DNA of 64,000 nt, taken from an uncultured Bacilli bacterium. Its GTDB lineage: Bacteria > Bacillota_I > Bacilli_A > RF39 > UBA660. Positions within the stretch are counted from its first letter, which is position 1. Every line of letters starts with the position of its first letter. Below are positions 55,251 to 64,000 of this stretch, one piece after another. The position numbers were made by a program, and so were the translations under genes. The stretch lies in assembly GCA_944332675.1 (NCBI GenBank), contig CALVKJ010000002.1:18-64017 (forward strand), given 5' to 3'. The notes below the pieces were generated by a model that was not told the DNA's origin, did not search any database, and saw only the letters and a program-made list of their open reading frames with translations.

Positions 55251-55826
55251 ATGGCTAAAAAAGATTTAGGTGTAAAACCATATTTATTTCCTATGCCTGT
55301 TTTAATGATTGCAACATATAACGAAGATGATACTGTTGATGTTATGAACATGGCTTGGGGAGGAATTTGTGATAATGATAAGGTAGCTCTAAACCTATCG
55401 GAAAATCACAAGACTTGTGAAAACTTGAAGAAAAGAGGAGCTTTCACAATTAGTGTTGCAGATGTTGCTCACTTAGAAGAATCTGACTTCTTTGGTACTG
55501 CATCAGGTAATACTATGAAAGATAAGTTTGAACGTACTGGTATGCATGCTACTAAAAGTACGTGGGTTGATGCACCAATTATTGATGAATACCCAATAAC
55601 ACTAGAATGCACTGTTGATAAGATTGGGAATGAAGATGGCGAATTTAGAGTAGTTGGTAAGATTTTAAATGTTTTGGCAGATGAATCCATTTTAGATGAA
55701 TCTGGCAAGGTTGATCCAACTAAAATAAATGCCTTTGTTTTTGATCAATTTCAAAATGGTTATTATCGCATTGGTGAAAAAGTTGGTATAGCTTGGAATA
55801 GTGGTAGAAAATTTATGAATAAGTAA
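55251..55826 (+). CDS. flavin reductase-like FMN-binding protein
   Basis: PMPVLMIATYNEDDTVDVMNMAWGG is typical of the flavin reductase-like split-barrel family. Confidence 0.7.
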   Translation: MAKKDLGVKPYLFPMPVLMIATYNEDDTVDVMNMAWGGICDNDKVALNLSENHKTCENLKKRGAFTISVADVAHLEESDFFGTASGNTMKDKFERTGMHATKSTWVDAPIIDEYPITLECTVDKIGNEDGEFRVVGKILNVLADESILDESGKVDPTKINAFVFDQFQNGYYRIGEKVGIAWNSGRKFMNK

Positions 55827-55836
55827 GGAGAAAAGT

Positions 55837-56580
55837 ATGGTAAAACAAACTGCAGGAAGAGATAACTTAGGTGATTTTGCTCCGAAATTTGCTGAACTAA
55901 ATGACGATGTTTTATTTGGTGAAGTATGGAGTAGAGAGGATAAATTATCCCTTAAAACTAGATCGATGATTACAGTGGTTGCTCTAATGTCGAAAGGAAT
56001 ATTTGATAGTTCCTTAAAAAGCCATATCGAAAATGCTAAGAGAAATGGTATAACTAAAAGTGAAATGGCTGAAATTATTACCCATGCGGCATTCTATGCT
56101 GGTTGGCCAAATGCTTGGGCAGTATTTAAAGTTGCTAAGGAAGTTTATGCTGATAGTGATGCATTAGAAGTTCATGGTGGTATGTTTGGTTTAGGAGAAC
56201 CTAATACGAATTTTGCTCAATATTTTATTGGTAATTCTTATCTTAATCCATTAACTAAACCAGGTGAAGGATCAGTCTTCTTAGCCAATGTAACCTTTGA
56301 ACCAGGTTGCCGCAATAATTGGCATATTCATCATTCAACTAAAAATGGTGGACAAATTCTTATCTGCGTTGATGGTGAAGGTTGGTATCAAGAAGAAGGC
56401 AAACCAGCAAGAAGTCTAAAACCAGGAGATGTTGTGGTAATACCAGCAAATGTAAAACACTGGCATGGCGCTAAAAAAGATTCATGGTTTAGTCATATTG
56501 CTGTTGAAGTACCTGGAGAAAACACCTCAAATGAATGGTGTGAACCGGTAACCGATGAAGAATATAATAAATTAAATTGA
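55837..56580 (+). CDS. carboxymuconolactone decarboxylase-family domain fused to a cupin domain
   Basis: N-terminal FGEVWSREDKLSLKTRSMITV..HAAFYAGWPNA (CMD). C-terminal NNWHIHH..GDVVVIPANVKHWHGA (cupin). Confidence 0.7.
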   Translation: MVKQTAGRDNLGDFAPKFAELNDDVLFGEVWSREDKLSLKTRSMITVVALMSKGIFDSSLKSHIENAKRNGITKSEMAEIITHAAFYAGWPNAWAVFKVAKEVYADSDALEVHGGMFGLGEPNTNFAQYFIGNSYLNPLTKPGEGSVFLANVTFEPGCRNNWHIHHSTKNGGQILICVDGEGWYQEEGKPARSLKPGDVVVIPANVKHWHGAKKDSWFSHIAVEVPGENTSNEWCEPVTDEEYNKLN

Positions 56581-56607
56581 TTTTGCTAAAAGAAAGGAAT
56601 GATTATT

Positions 56608-57489
56608 ATGAAATCAAAAGTTTATTTTATTAAGGATATAACTCCTGAAAACATTATTAAAGCGTATGAAGCTTTAGGAAAGAAACTAGAAGGAAAAGTT
56701 GCTATCAAAATGCATTCTGGTGAAGCTGGTAACCAAAACTATCTAAGACCAGAATTTGTTCAAGATGTTATTAAATATGTTGGTGGTACAGTAGTAGAAT
56801 GTAATACAGCTTATGCTGGTGCTAGAAATACAACTGAAAAGCATCGTGAACTAATTAAGGAACATGAATGGGAAAAATATTTTCCATTTGACTTAATGGA
56901 TGCTGAAGGACCAGACTTAGAATTAGATGTACCAAATGGTAAGATTTTGAAGAAAAACTATGTTGGTAAAAATTTAGCTAATTATGATTCAATGATGGTT
57001 CTATCACACTTTAAAGGTCATGCTATGGGTGGCTTTGGCGGGTCTTTAAAACAACTTTCTATTGGTTGTGCATCATCTGCTGGTAAAACACTAATTCATA
57101 CTGCTGGTGTAACTGATAATCAATATGAATTATTTAATAACTTACCAGCTCAAGATCACTTCCTAGAAGCAATGGCTGATGCTGCCTCAAGCATAGTAAA
57201 TCACTTTAATGGTAACATGGTATTTATAAATGTTATGAAAAATATCTCTGTTGATTGCGACTGTGACGGTAATGCATCTGCTCCATGTATGGCTGATATT
57301 GGTATTCTTGCGAGTTTAGATCCAGTTGCAGTAGATCAAGCATGCTTAGATTTAGTTTATAATTCTACTGATCCAGGTAAAGATAAACTAATTGAAAGAA
57401 TTGAATCTCTTCACGGAGTACATACTGTTGAAGCTGCTGCTGATCTTGGCGTAGGTTCTCGTGAATATGAACTTATAACAATTGAATAA
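56608..57489 (+). CDS. DUF362-like iron-sulfur-associated protein
   Basis: VAIKMHSGEAGN..ECNTAY..DCDCDG pattern resembles DUF362. The ATG at 56608 is the likely start. Confidence 0.5.
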   Translation: MKSKVYFIKDITPENIIKAYEALGKKLEGKVAIKMHSGEAGNQNYLRPEFVQDVIKYVGGTVVECNTAYAGARNTTEKHRELIKEHEWEKYFPFDLMDAEGPDLELDVPNGKILKKNYVGKNLANYDSMMVLSHFKGHAMGGFGGSLKQLSIGCASSAGKTLIHTAGVTDNQYELFNNLPAQDHFLEAMADAASSIVNHFNGNMVFINVMKNISVDCDCDGNASAPCMADIGILASLDPVAVDQACLDLVYNSTDPGKDKLIERIESLHGVHTVEAAADLGVGSREYELITIE

Positions 57490-57498
57490 TTAACTAAT

Positions 57499-57528
57499 AA
57501 CTGTTACATTTTTGTAGCAGTTTTTTAT
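57499..57528 (+). terminator. rho-independent terminator
   Basis: AACTGTTACA-TTTT-TGTAGCAGTT hairpin followed by a T run. Confidence 0.6.
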
Positions 57529-57562
57529 TTCTCAAAAAATTTCAAAAAAACAAATTTACACA

Positions 57563-57591
57563 TTGAAAACGAACAAATGTTATGATATACT
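57563..57591 (+). promoter_or_regulatory. promoter with LexA (Cheo) box-like sequence in the spacer
   Basis: TTGAAA-17 nt-TATACT. The spacer contains CGAACAAATGTTAT, which matches GAAC-N4-GTT of the Bacillus-type SOS box CGAAC-N4-GTTCG. Confidence 0.4.
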
Positions 57592-57616
57592 GTATTTAGT
57601 TATAGGGGGGTAAAAA

Positions 57617-58492
57617 ATGAATAATCTAGTAAAAGATGAAACAAACATTGAAAACTTAATTTATGAAATCCGGGGAGTGCAAGTAATGCTAGATAGCGAT
57701 TTAGCAAAAATTTATGAATGCGTTAATGGGACAAAGTCTATAAATTTAGCAGTTAAAAGACACATTAACAGATTCCCAGAAAGATTTATGTTTCAATTAA
57801 CCAAAGATGAATATTGGAATATTCTAAGGTTTCAATCTGAAACCTTAGAATTGGAACAAGGAAAATATTCTAAATATTTGCCTTATGCTTTCACAGAACA
57901 AGGTGTAGCTATGCTTGCAACAGTACTTAGAACTCCTGTTGCAGAAGAAGTAAGTATCAAAATAATGGATGCTTTTGTTGCAATGCGTAAATATATATCA
58001 ACAAACTTACTTGAGCAAAAATATATAAACAATTTAGTTATAGAACATGATTCAAAAATAAAACTATTACAAGAATCATTTGAAAAATTTAATGAAGAAA
58101 AGAAAGTTAATGAAATATATTTTGACGGTCAAATATATGATGCTTATTCCAAGATACAAGAAATATTTAAAGAAGCCAAGACCAAATTAGTAATAATTGA
58201 TGGCTATGCCGATAATACCATATTAGATATTATTAAAAGATTAAATATACAAGTAACAATTGTAACTAAGCCAAATAATTTATTAACAACACAAGATATA
58301 ACAAGGTATAATGGGCAATATAATAATTTAACAGTAAAATATGATAATACATTTCATGATAGATACTTTATATTAGATGATAGTGTAGTATATCATTGTG
58401 GTGCTAGTATAAATAGAATAGGTTATAAAACATTTTCAATAACTAAAATAAATGATGATGAAGTATGTAAGGCATTGATCAACAAAATATAG
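57617..58492 (+). CDS. ORF6N-domain (KilA-N-like, phage antirepressor-type) protein, full length
   Basis: IYEIRGVQVMLDSDLAKIYE..KRHINRFPERFMFQL..LPYAFTEQGVAMLATVL is the ORF6N signature. Has a C-terminal extension domain. Confidence 0.8.
   Translation: MNNLVKDETNIENLIYEIRGVQVMLDSDLAKIYECVNGTKSINLAVKRHINRFPERFMFQLTKDEYWNILRFQSETLELEQGKYSKYLPYAFTEQGVAMLATVLRTPVAEEVSIKIMDAFVAMRKYISTNLLEQKYINNLVIEHDSKIKLLQESFEKFNEEKKVNEIYFDGQIYDAYSKIQEIFKEAKTKLVIIDGYADNTILDIIKRLNIQVTIVTKPNNLLTTQDITRYNGQYNNLTVKYDNTFHDRYFILDDSVVYHCGASINRIGYKTFSITKINDDEVCKALINKI
57821..57851. repeat. perfect 13-bp-arm inverted repeat inside ORF6N copy 1
   Basis: ATTCTAAGGTTTC-AATCT-GAAACCTTAGAAT. Confidence 0.85.
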
Positions 58493-58504
58493 GAGATAAA
58501 CAAA

Positions 58505-58954
58505 ATGAACAATCTAGTAAAAGACGAAACAAATATTGAAAAATTAATTTATGAAATTCGCGGAGTACAGGTGATGCTTGATTCAGATTTAGCAAGACTT
58601 TATGAGTGCGCTAATGGAACAAAGACAATTAACCAAGCTATAAAAAGAAATTTAGAAAGATTTCCAAATGATTTTTACTTTCAACTAACTAAAGAAGAAT
58701 TATTTGACTTGAAGTCCCAAATTGGGACTTCAAGTTGGAATAGTTATGGTGGTGTTCGTAAGTTACCTTATGCATTCACAGAACAGAGAGTAGCAATGCT
58801 TGCAACAGTTATTAAAACGTCTATTGCTGCCGGTATGAGCGTTAATATAATGAGAGCCTTTGTAGCCATGCGTAAATATATTTCAAAAAACTTAATCGAA
58901 CAAAATAATATTAACAACTTAGTTTTAGAGGATCACACTATTATTGGAAAATAG
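58505..58954 (+). CDS. ORF6N-domain protein, truncated tandem paralogue
   Basis: N-terminal 140 aa collinear with copy 1, then a stop. Downstream DNA still aligns to the copy 1 C-terminal coding sequence. Confidence 0.65.
   Translation: MNNLVKDETNIEKLIYEIRGVQVMLDSDLARLYECANGTKTINQAIKRNLERFPNDFYFQLTKEELFDLKSQIGTSSWNSYGGVRKLPYAFTEQRVAMLATVIKTSIAAGMSVNIMRAFVAMRKYISKNLIEQNNINNLVLEDHTIIGK
58707..58735. repeat. perfect 14-bp-arm palindrome inside ORF6N copy 2
   Basis: ACTTGAAGTCCCAA-A-TTGGGACTTCAAGT. Confidence 0.85.
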
Positions 58955-58989
58955 AAAAAGAATTAGTTTAATTTAAGAATTTTTAATAA

Positions 58990-59215
58990 AGTTTGAAGAA
59001 AAGTAAAAGGTAAGTGAGATATATTTTGATGGCCAAATATACGATGCATATTCTAAAATACAATAAAAATTTAAGGAATCCAAAAATAAGCTAGTAATAA
59101 TTGATAGTTATGCTGATACAACAAATCTTGATATTATTAAAAGATTGAATATAATGAAATTCAAGGTCCCAACTTGGGACCTTGAATTGAAAATATTTAT
59201 CTTATATATTTACTG
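58990..59215 (+). pseudogene. decayed remainder of ORF6N copy 2 plus a fragment of a third copy
   Basis: ..EIYFDGQIYDAYSKIQ*..KLVIIDSYADTTNLDIIKRLNI aligns to copy 1 residues with stops. It abuts a fragment (MKFKVPTWDLELKIFILY..FTEQG) that begins at another palindrome. Confidence 0.6.
59158..59188. repeat. perfect 15-bp-arm palindrome in the third ORF6N fragment
   Basis: AATTCAAGGTCCCAA-C-TTGGGACCTTGAATT. Confidence 0.85.
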
Positions 59216-59275
59216 AACAAGGTTCCAAATTGAAAACTTAAAATTATTAACAAATAAAATTAAACAAATTTAAAC

Positions 59276-59300
59276 TTGAAGTCAAAAATTTCGACTTCAA
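59276..59300. repeat. degenerate copy of the same palindrome family
   Basis: TTGAAGTC-AAAAATTTC-GACTTCAA. Confidence 0.6.
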
Positions 59301-59358
59301 AAATAGTAAATTAATTGTTATTTAGCTATATTAATGGTAAAATTAGATTGTGATGTAT

Positions 59359-59721
59359 ATGAAAAACAAAAAATTAATTAATAGCTTTAAATATGCTTTT
59401 AAGGGAATTGGCTCATCTTTTTTTAGCGAACGTAACATGAAAATTCATGTTTCCATTATGTTAATTGTAATAATTATGGGAATAATATTAAAAATTAGCT
59501 TTTGGGAATGGATAATTTGTATAGGATGGTTTGCCTTAGTTATTGGTGGTGAAATGTTTAATACAGCGATTGAACAGGTAGTAGATATTGCGATGCCTAA
59601 AAAAGACCCAAGAGCTAAACTAGCAAAAGATGTATCAGCTGGAGGAGTTCTGGTTTTTGCCATTGGTTCAGCAATAGTAGGTTTACTTATTTTTATTCCC
59701 AAAATAATAGCTATTTTTTAA
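59359..59721 (+). CDS. dgkA: diacylglycerol/undecaprenol kinase (DgkA family)
   Basis: FKYAFKGI..ERNMKIH, GGEMFNTAIEQVVD and AKDVSAGGVLV motifs; three TM helices. Confidence 0.85.
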   Translation: MKNKKLINSFKYAFKGIGSSFFSERNMKIHVSIMLIVIIMGIILKISFWEWIICIGWFALVIGGEMFNTAIEQVVDIAMPKKDPRAKLAKDVSAGGVLVFAIGSAIVGLLIFIPKIIAIF

Positions 59722-59733
59722 TGGAGGGATAGT

Positions 59734-60231
59734 ATGTCTGAAGTGAAATTTGGTACAATCGGTGGTATTGAACCTAGTAAAATTCAAAAAATTAAACTTA
59801 ATGTCATGGATTATATATTTAATTATAAGGGAATAGATTTAAATCGAGCGTATTTAGAATATTATTTTGATAAAATGAAAACAGTAAATTATAAAGATGG
59901 TATTAAACAAGAAGAAAAGTATACGCCAATTATTTTCTTTGATATTACAGCTCAATTAAATAATAAAGAGTATTCTTTTTCATTTGCTTTAGAAATGGGT
60001 TTAGAACAGTTAAATAATTTAGGAAATAAGCCAACAAATATCAACAATTATATTAACCAAGGAGAAATATTTTTCTCTGAGGATATAGATTTAAATTTTT
60101 ATTTAAATGAAAATCCATATACGTTTCAACCAAGTTATGTAGTTACAAAACTAGAAAAAAACAAATTTGTATTTAAAGTTCAATATCAACTATTGTTCAT
60201 TTGGTTCGTTGTAAAGTTTAATGAGATTTAA
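59734..60231 (+). CDS. hypothetical protein
   Basis: 165-aa ORF with a GGAGGG RBS. No motif recognised. Confidence 0.5.
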   Translation: MSEVKFGTIGGIEPSKIQKIKLNVMDYIFNYKGIDLNRAYLEYYFDKMKTVNYKDGIKQEEKYTPIIFFDITAQLNNKEYSFSFALEMGLEQLNNLGNKPTNINNYINQGEIFFSEDIDLNFYLNENPYTFQPSYVVTKLEKNKFVFKVQYQLLFIWFVVKFNEI

Positions 60232-60365
60232 AATCTTAAAAAATAAAAAGTAAGGTATAATTAATAAAATATCTTTAATAATATTTATGTGTTTGTTATT
60301 GTTAAAATTAATAAAAAATGCTAGAATATTTTCGCTAAATTTCTTTTCTTAAAGGAGGATTTTTT

Positions 60366-62312
60366 ATGTTTGAATTAGTATCAAAATTTAAGCCCAGCGG
60401 AGATCAACCAGAAGCTATAAAAGAACTTACTGATGGAGTAAATAGTGGTAAAAAAGAACAAGTTTTACTTGGAGCAACAGGAACTGGTAAGACTTTTACT
60501 ATTGCGAATGTCATTAAAAATGTAGGAAAACCTACACTTGTTTTAGCTCATAATAAAACTCTCGCTGGCCAACTCTATGCGGAATTAAAAGAATTTTTTC
60601 CAAATAATCATGTTGAATATTTTGTTTCATACTATGACTATTACCAACCAGAAGCATATGTTCCAAGTAGTGATACCTATATTGAAAAAGATGCATCTAT
60701 TAATGATGAAATTGATGAACTAAGACATGCTGCAACTTCAGCTTTGATTAACTATCGCGATGTTATAGTTGTTGCTTCCGTTTCTTGTATTTATGGTATT
60801 GGAGAAAAAGAAGAATACGAAAAAAATATGTTAATTTTAAATATTGGGGATTCTATTTCTCGTAATAAAATTTTAAATCGTTTAATTGACATGACTTATG
60901 AACGAAGTGATTTAGATTTTCATCGCGGAACATTTCGAGTTCGGGGTAATAATATCGATATTGTCCCTGTAAATGAACATGCAAGTGGTATTCGCATTTC
61001 TTTAGAAGATGATAAAGTGGAATCAATTGCCTTATTTGATCCTTTAACTGGAGTGGTTACACAAAATAAAAAAAGTATTACGATATCTCCCGCTTCTCAC
61101 TTTGTTACCAGTAAAGATAAGTTGGATATTGCCATATCTCGTATTGAAGCTGAATTAAAGGATAGATTAGAAGAATTAAAAAATCAAAACAAATTAATCG
61201 AAGAACAACGATTACGAGAACGAACTAATTATGATATTGAAATGCTTCGGGAAACTGGCTTTTGCAATGGTGTTGAAAATTATTCAAGACATCTAGCCCT
61301 TAGAGATGCCGGTGAAACTCCCAGCTGTTTAATCGATTTCTTCCCTAAGGATTTTTTACTAGTGGTCGATGAATCACACGTAACATTACCGCAAGTTCGT
61401 GGTATGTATAATGGCGATAGACAACGTAAACAAACTTTAGTTGATTATGGATTCCGTCTTCCAAGCGCTCTTGATAATAGACCACTTACATTTGATGAAT
61501 TTAACCAAAAAATAAACCAAGCAATTTACGTATCAGCAACACCTGGGGACTATGAACTTGAAAAAACGAGTGGTAAGTTTGTTGAACAAATTATCAGACC
61601 GACCGGACTTCTTGACCCAATCATTGAAGTGCGTAAAACTGAAGGCCAGATTGATGACATTATTAGTGAAATTAGAGATAGAATTGAAAAAAATGAAAGA
61701 GTTTTAATTACGACCCTAACTATTAGAATGAGTGAGGAATTAACAAATTATTTAAAAGAAATGAATATCAAAGTAGCTTATCTACACAGTGAAATAAAAA
61801 CATTAGAGCGTCTTAAAATTATCCAAGATCTCCGCCTTGGCACTTATGATTGTGTAGTAGGTATCAATCTTTTACGGGAAGGGCTAGATATTCCCGAAGT
61901 AAGTTTAATTTGCATATTAGATGCCGACAAGCAAGGATTCTTGCGAAGTGGCAGAAGCCTTATTCAAACAATAGGTAGATGTGCTCGTAATGAACATGGT
62001 AAAGTAATCATGTATGCTGATGAAGTTAGTGAAGCAATGGATGAAGCTATTAAAGAAACGAAAAGAAGAAGAGAAATTCAAGAACGTTATAATGAAGAAC
62101 ATGGAATTACTCCAAAAACAATTGTTAAAGAAATTAAAGAAGTAGTAACTAATAATATGGTTACTGACGAAAAGAAGAAAAAAGTAAGTAAGAAAGAAAA
62201 AGAAAAGATGATTTTACAAATTGAAGATGAAATGAAAGAAGCAGCTCGCAATTTAGACTTTGAACGAGCAATGGAACTTCGGGATATATTATTTGAAATG
62301 AAAGGTATTTAA
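60366..62312 (+). CDS. uvrB: excinuclease ABC subunit B
   Basis: [19 protein letters not shown], a DESH box and a C-terminal UVR domain ([15 protein letters not shown]). Confidence 0.97.
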   Translation: MFELVSKFKPSGDQPEAIKELTDGVNSGKKEQVLLGATGTGKTFTIANVIKNVGKPTLVLAHNKTLAGQLYAELKEFFPNNHVEYFVSYYDYYQPEAYVPSSDTYIEKDASINDEIDELRHAATSALINYRDVIVVASVSCIYGIGEKEEYEKNMLILNIGDSISRNKILNRLIDMTYERSDLDFHRGTFRVRGNNIDIVPVNEHASGIRISLEDDKVESIALFDPLTGVVTQNKKSITISPASHFVTSKDKLDIAISRIEAELKDRLEELKNQNKLIEEQRLRERTNYDIEMLRETGFCNGVENYSRHLALRDAGETPSCLIDFFPKDFLLVVDESHVTLPQVRGMYNGDRQRKQTLVDYGFRLPSALDNRPLTFDEFNQKINQAIYVSATPGDYELEKTSGKFVEQIIRPTGLLDPIIEVRKTEGQIDDIISEIRDRIEKNERVLITTLTIRMSEELTNYLKEMNIKVAYLHSEIKTLERLKIIQDLRLGTYDCVVGINLLREGLDIPEVSLICILDADKQGFLRSGRSLIQTIGRCARNEHGKVIMYADEVSEAMDEAIKETKRRREIQERYNEEHGITPKTIVKEIKEVVTNNMVTDEKKKKVSKKEKEKMILQIEDEMKEAARNLDFERAMELRDILFEMKGI

Positions 62313-62358
62313 AAAAGCCTTATATTATGGTAAAATCAATGAAGTAGTGAGGTGTATT

Positions 62359-63978
62359 ATGACAACATTTATTTTTGGACATAAAAATCCCGATACTGAT
62401 ACAGTGTGTTCAAGTATCGCATTATCTTATTTAAAAAATGAACTTGGAGGAAAAACAATGCCTAAAGTTTTAGGCAACATTAATAATGAAACAAAATTTG
62501 TTTTAGATCATTTTAAAGTACCAGTTCCTAGTTATTTAAATGATGTACGAGTACGTATAAAAAATATAAAATATGATAAAAAAGCCTATATTAACGAATA
62601 TTCATCAATTGATGCAGCATTTAAATTAATGCAAAAGCAAAATATTACAGCTATTCCCTTAGTGGATGAAAAACGCAAATTAACAGGTTATGTCACTTTA
62701 AAAGAAATTGCTAGATATTTAATTAATGGTAATAAAGAAATTGTTAATACAACATTAGATAATATAATTGATACATTAAATGCTAAAGTTATCACTAAAT
62801 TTGATGACTTAATTTCTGGAGATATCTTAATTGCTGGTTTAGAAGATCGAACTTTAAAAAAATCTATTGAATTATCTTCAAAAGACATTTTAATCGTCGG
62901 AGACCGTTCCAAAGTATTAGAATATGCAATTGAATCCAAAGTTAAATTAATTATTTTGCCATTAAATATAAATATAGATAAAAAAATAATAAAAAAAGCC
63001 GAATTAAATCATATTAATATTATTGCTTCAGAACTAGATAGTTTTCAAATAGCTAGCAAAATACTTTTAAGTAATTATATTAAAAATATTAATACTAATA
63101 AAAGTCCAGTGACAGTTAATAATGATGATTATTTTACCGACTTTAAAACCATGACTCATAAAGTAAATCATACTAATTATCCAGTAATAAATAATAAAAA
63201 CGAATGTTTAGGCTTAATTAGACTTACTGGACCAAATGACTATGAAAAGCAAAAAGTTATTTTAGTTGATCACAATAATTTGGCTCAATCTGTTGATGGC
63301 ATTGAAGAAGCGGACATTTTAGAAATTATCGATCATCACAATCTTGGAGCTATTGGTACATCAGTTCCTATTAATTTCCGTTCTAAACCAGTAGGATGTA
63401 CTTCAACTATGCTTTATGATTTATTTGTTGAAGAAAAAGTAAGTATTCCTAAAAATATAGCTGGTCTTATGCTTTCAGCAATCCTTTCGGATACTCTTTT
63501 ATTAACTAGTCCTACAACTACCGAAGATGATCGCTTTGCGGCAGTTAAGTTAGCCAATATTGCTAAAGTTGATATTGATACATATGGCCTAGAAATGTTA
63601 AAAGCAGCAAGTTCAATTGCTGGAAAATCTGTAGCAGAACTTATAAATATGGATTTAAAAACATATAGTGTTGGCAATAAGACACTAGGAATAAGTCAAA
63701 TAATGACAATGGACTTTGATACAATCAAAGAAAACATAGATGAATTTATAAATAAACTAAATGAAATGGTTAATACTAACTATAGTATTGTTGTAATATT
63801 TATAACTGATATTATAAAAAATGGTTCATATGTTTTATATAATACTAAATCTGCTGATATTATTGCTGATAGTTTTGGTATCAAAAATATTCATCAAGGA
63901 GTATTTTTACCAAAAATGGTATCTCGTAAAAAACAAATATTACCTGCAATATTAAATACTGTTGATAATGAAAACTAG
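62359..63978 (+). CDS. ppaC: family II (DHH) manganese-dependent inorganic pyrophosphatase with CBS-domain insertion
   Basis: FGHKNPDTDTVCSSIA (DHH motif I), DHHN, DHHA2-type SAILSDTLLLTSPTTT, and an inserted CBS pair region. Confidence 0.88.
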   Translation: MTTFIFGHKNPDTDTVCSSIALSYLKNELGGKTMPKVLGNINNETKFVLDHFKVPVPSYLNDVRVRIKNIKYDKKAYINEYSSIDAAFKLMQKQNITAIPLVDEKRKLTGYVTLKEIARYLINGNKEIVNTTLDNIIDTLNAKVITKFDDLISGDILIAGLEDRTLKKSIELSSKDILIVGDRSKVLEYAIESKVKLIILPLNINIDKKIIKKAELNHINIIASELDSFQIASKILLSNYIKNINTNKSPVTVNNDDYFTDFKTMTHKVNHTNYPVINNKNECLGLIRLTGPNDYEKQKVILVDHNNLAQSVDGIEEADILEIIDHHNLGAIGTSVPINFRSKPVGCTSTMLYDLFVEEKVSIPKNIAGLMLSAILSDTLLLTSPTTTEDDRFAAVKLANIAKVDIDTYGLEMLKAASSIAGKSVAELINMDLKTYSVGNKTLGISQIMTMDFDTIKENIDEFINKLNEMVNTNYSIVVIFITDIIKNGSYVLYNTKSADIIADSFGIKNIHQGVFLPKMVSRKKQILPAILNTVDNEN

Positions 63979-64000
63979 GTGACTTATGAAATGTTTAATA

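Noticed and set aside
60240-60365. LexA boxes upstream of uvrB and uvrA (36600-36823)
   Set aside because: Only loose GAA(T)-N4-TTCG-like strings are present, such as AGAATATTTTCG. There is no convincing GAAC-N4-GTTC, so none is reported as a feature.

Overview
AT-rich chromosomal window from a low-GC Bacillota-type bacterium; no genus can be assigned from sequence alone. Housekeeping markers are an rlmB-like gene, a sigH-like gene, secE, nusG, uvrA, lgt, a trxB-like gene, gltX, cysS, a dacA-like gene, uppS, ldh, dgkA, uvrB and a CBS-type ppaC. I saw no rRNA, no intact tRNA and no CRISPR array.

Stand-out content:
1. A ~14.5 kb run of 16 same-strand ORFs (20.4-34.9 kb) encodes a divergent Tad/Flp-like type IV filament machine. 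It has 2x CpaB-like, a TadA/CpaF-like ATPase, TadB/TadC-like, 2 Cys-rich pilin-like, 3 TadE-like modules and a TadZ-like protein. The accessory genes are non-canonical: a 1189-aa Cys-rich secreted giant, a pseudopilin-SH3b-M15 peptidase fusion, and two 2-TM Cys-tailed paralogues. No prepilin peptidase is present in the cluster.
2. Two convergent collagen-like (GXY) genes, one BclA-like with a globular C-terminal domain, flank a glycosyltransferase-TPR gene. Both appear to use non-ATG starts.
3. A candidate type I toxin-antitoxin-like locus lies downstream of the trxB-like gene.
4. A ~230-nt highly structured element flanked by 25-bp direct repeats lies upstream of an ABC transporter operon.
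5. A tRNA 3' remnant (att-like scar) with decayed genes to its left sits at the left edge.
6. Tandem ORF6N-domain paralogues each carry a perfect but sequence-distinct palindrome at the homologous position.

Hand-mapped motif coordinates are approximate (+/- 2 nt). CDS coordinates follow the supplied ORF track, with start codons refined in frame where an RBS supports it.
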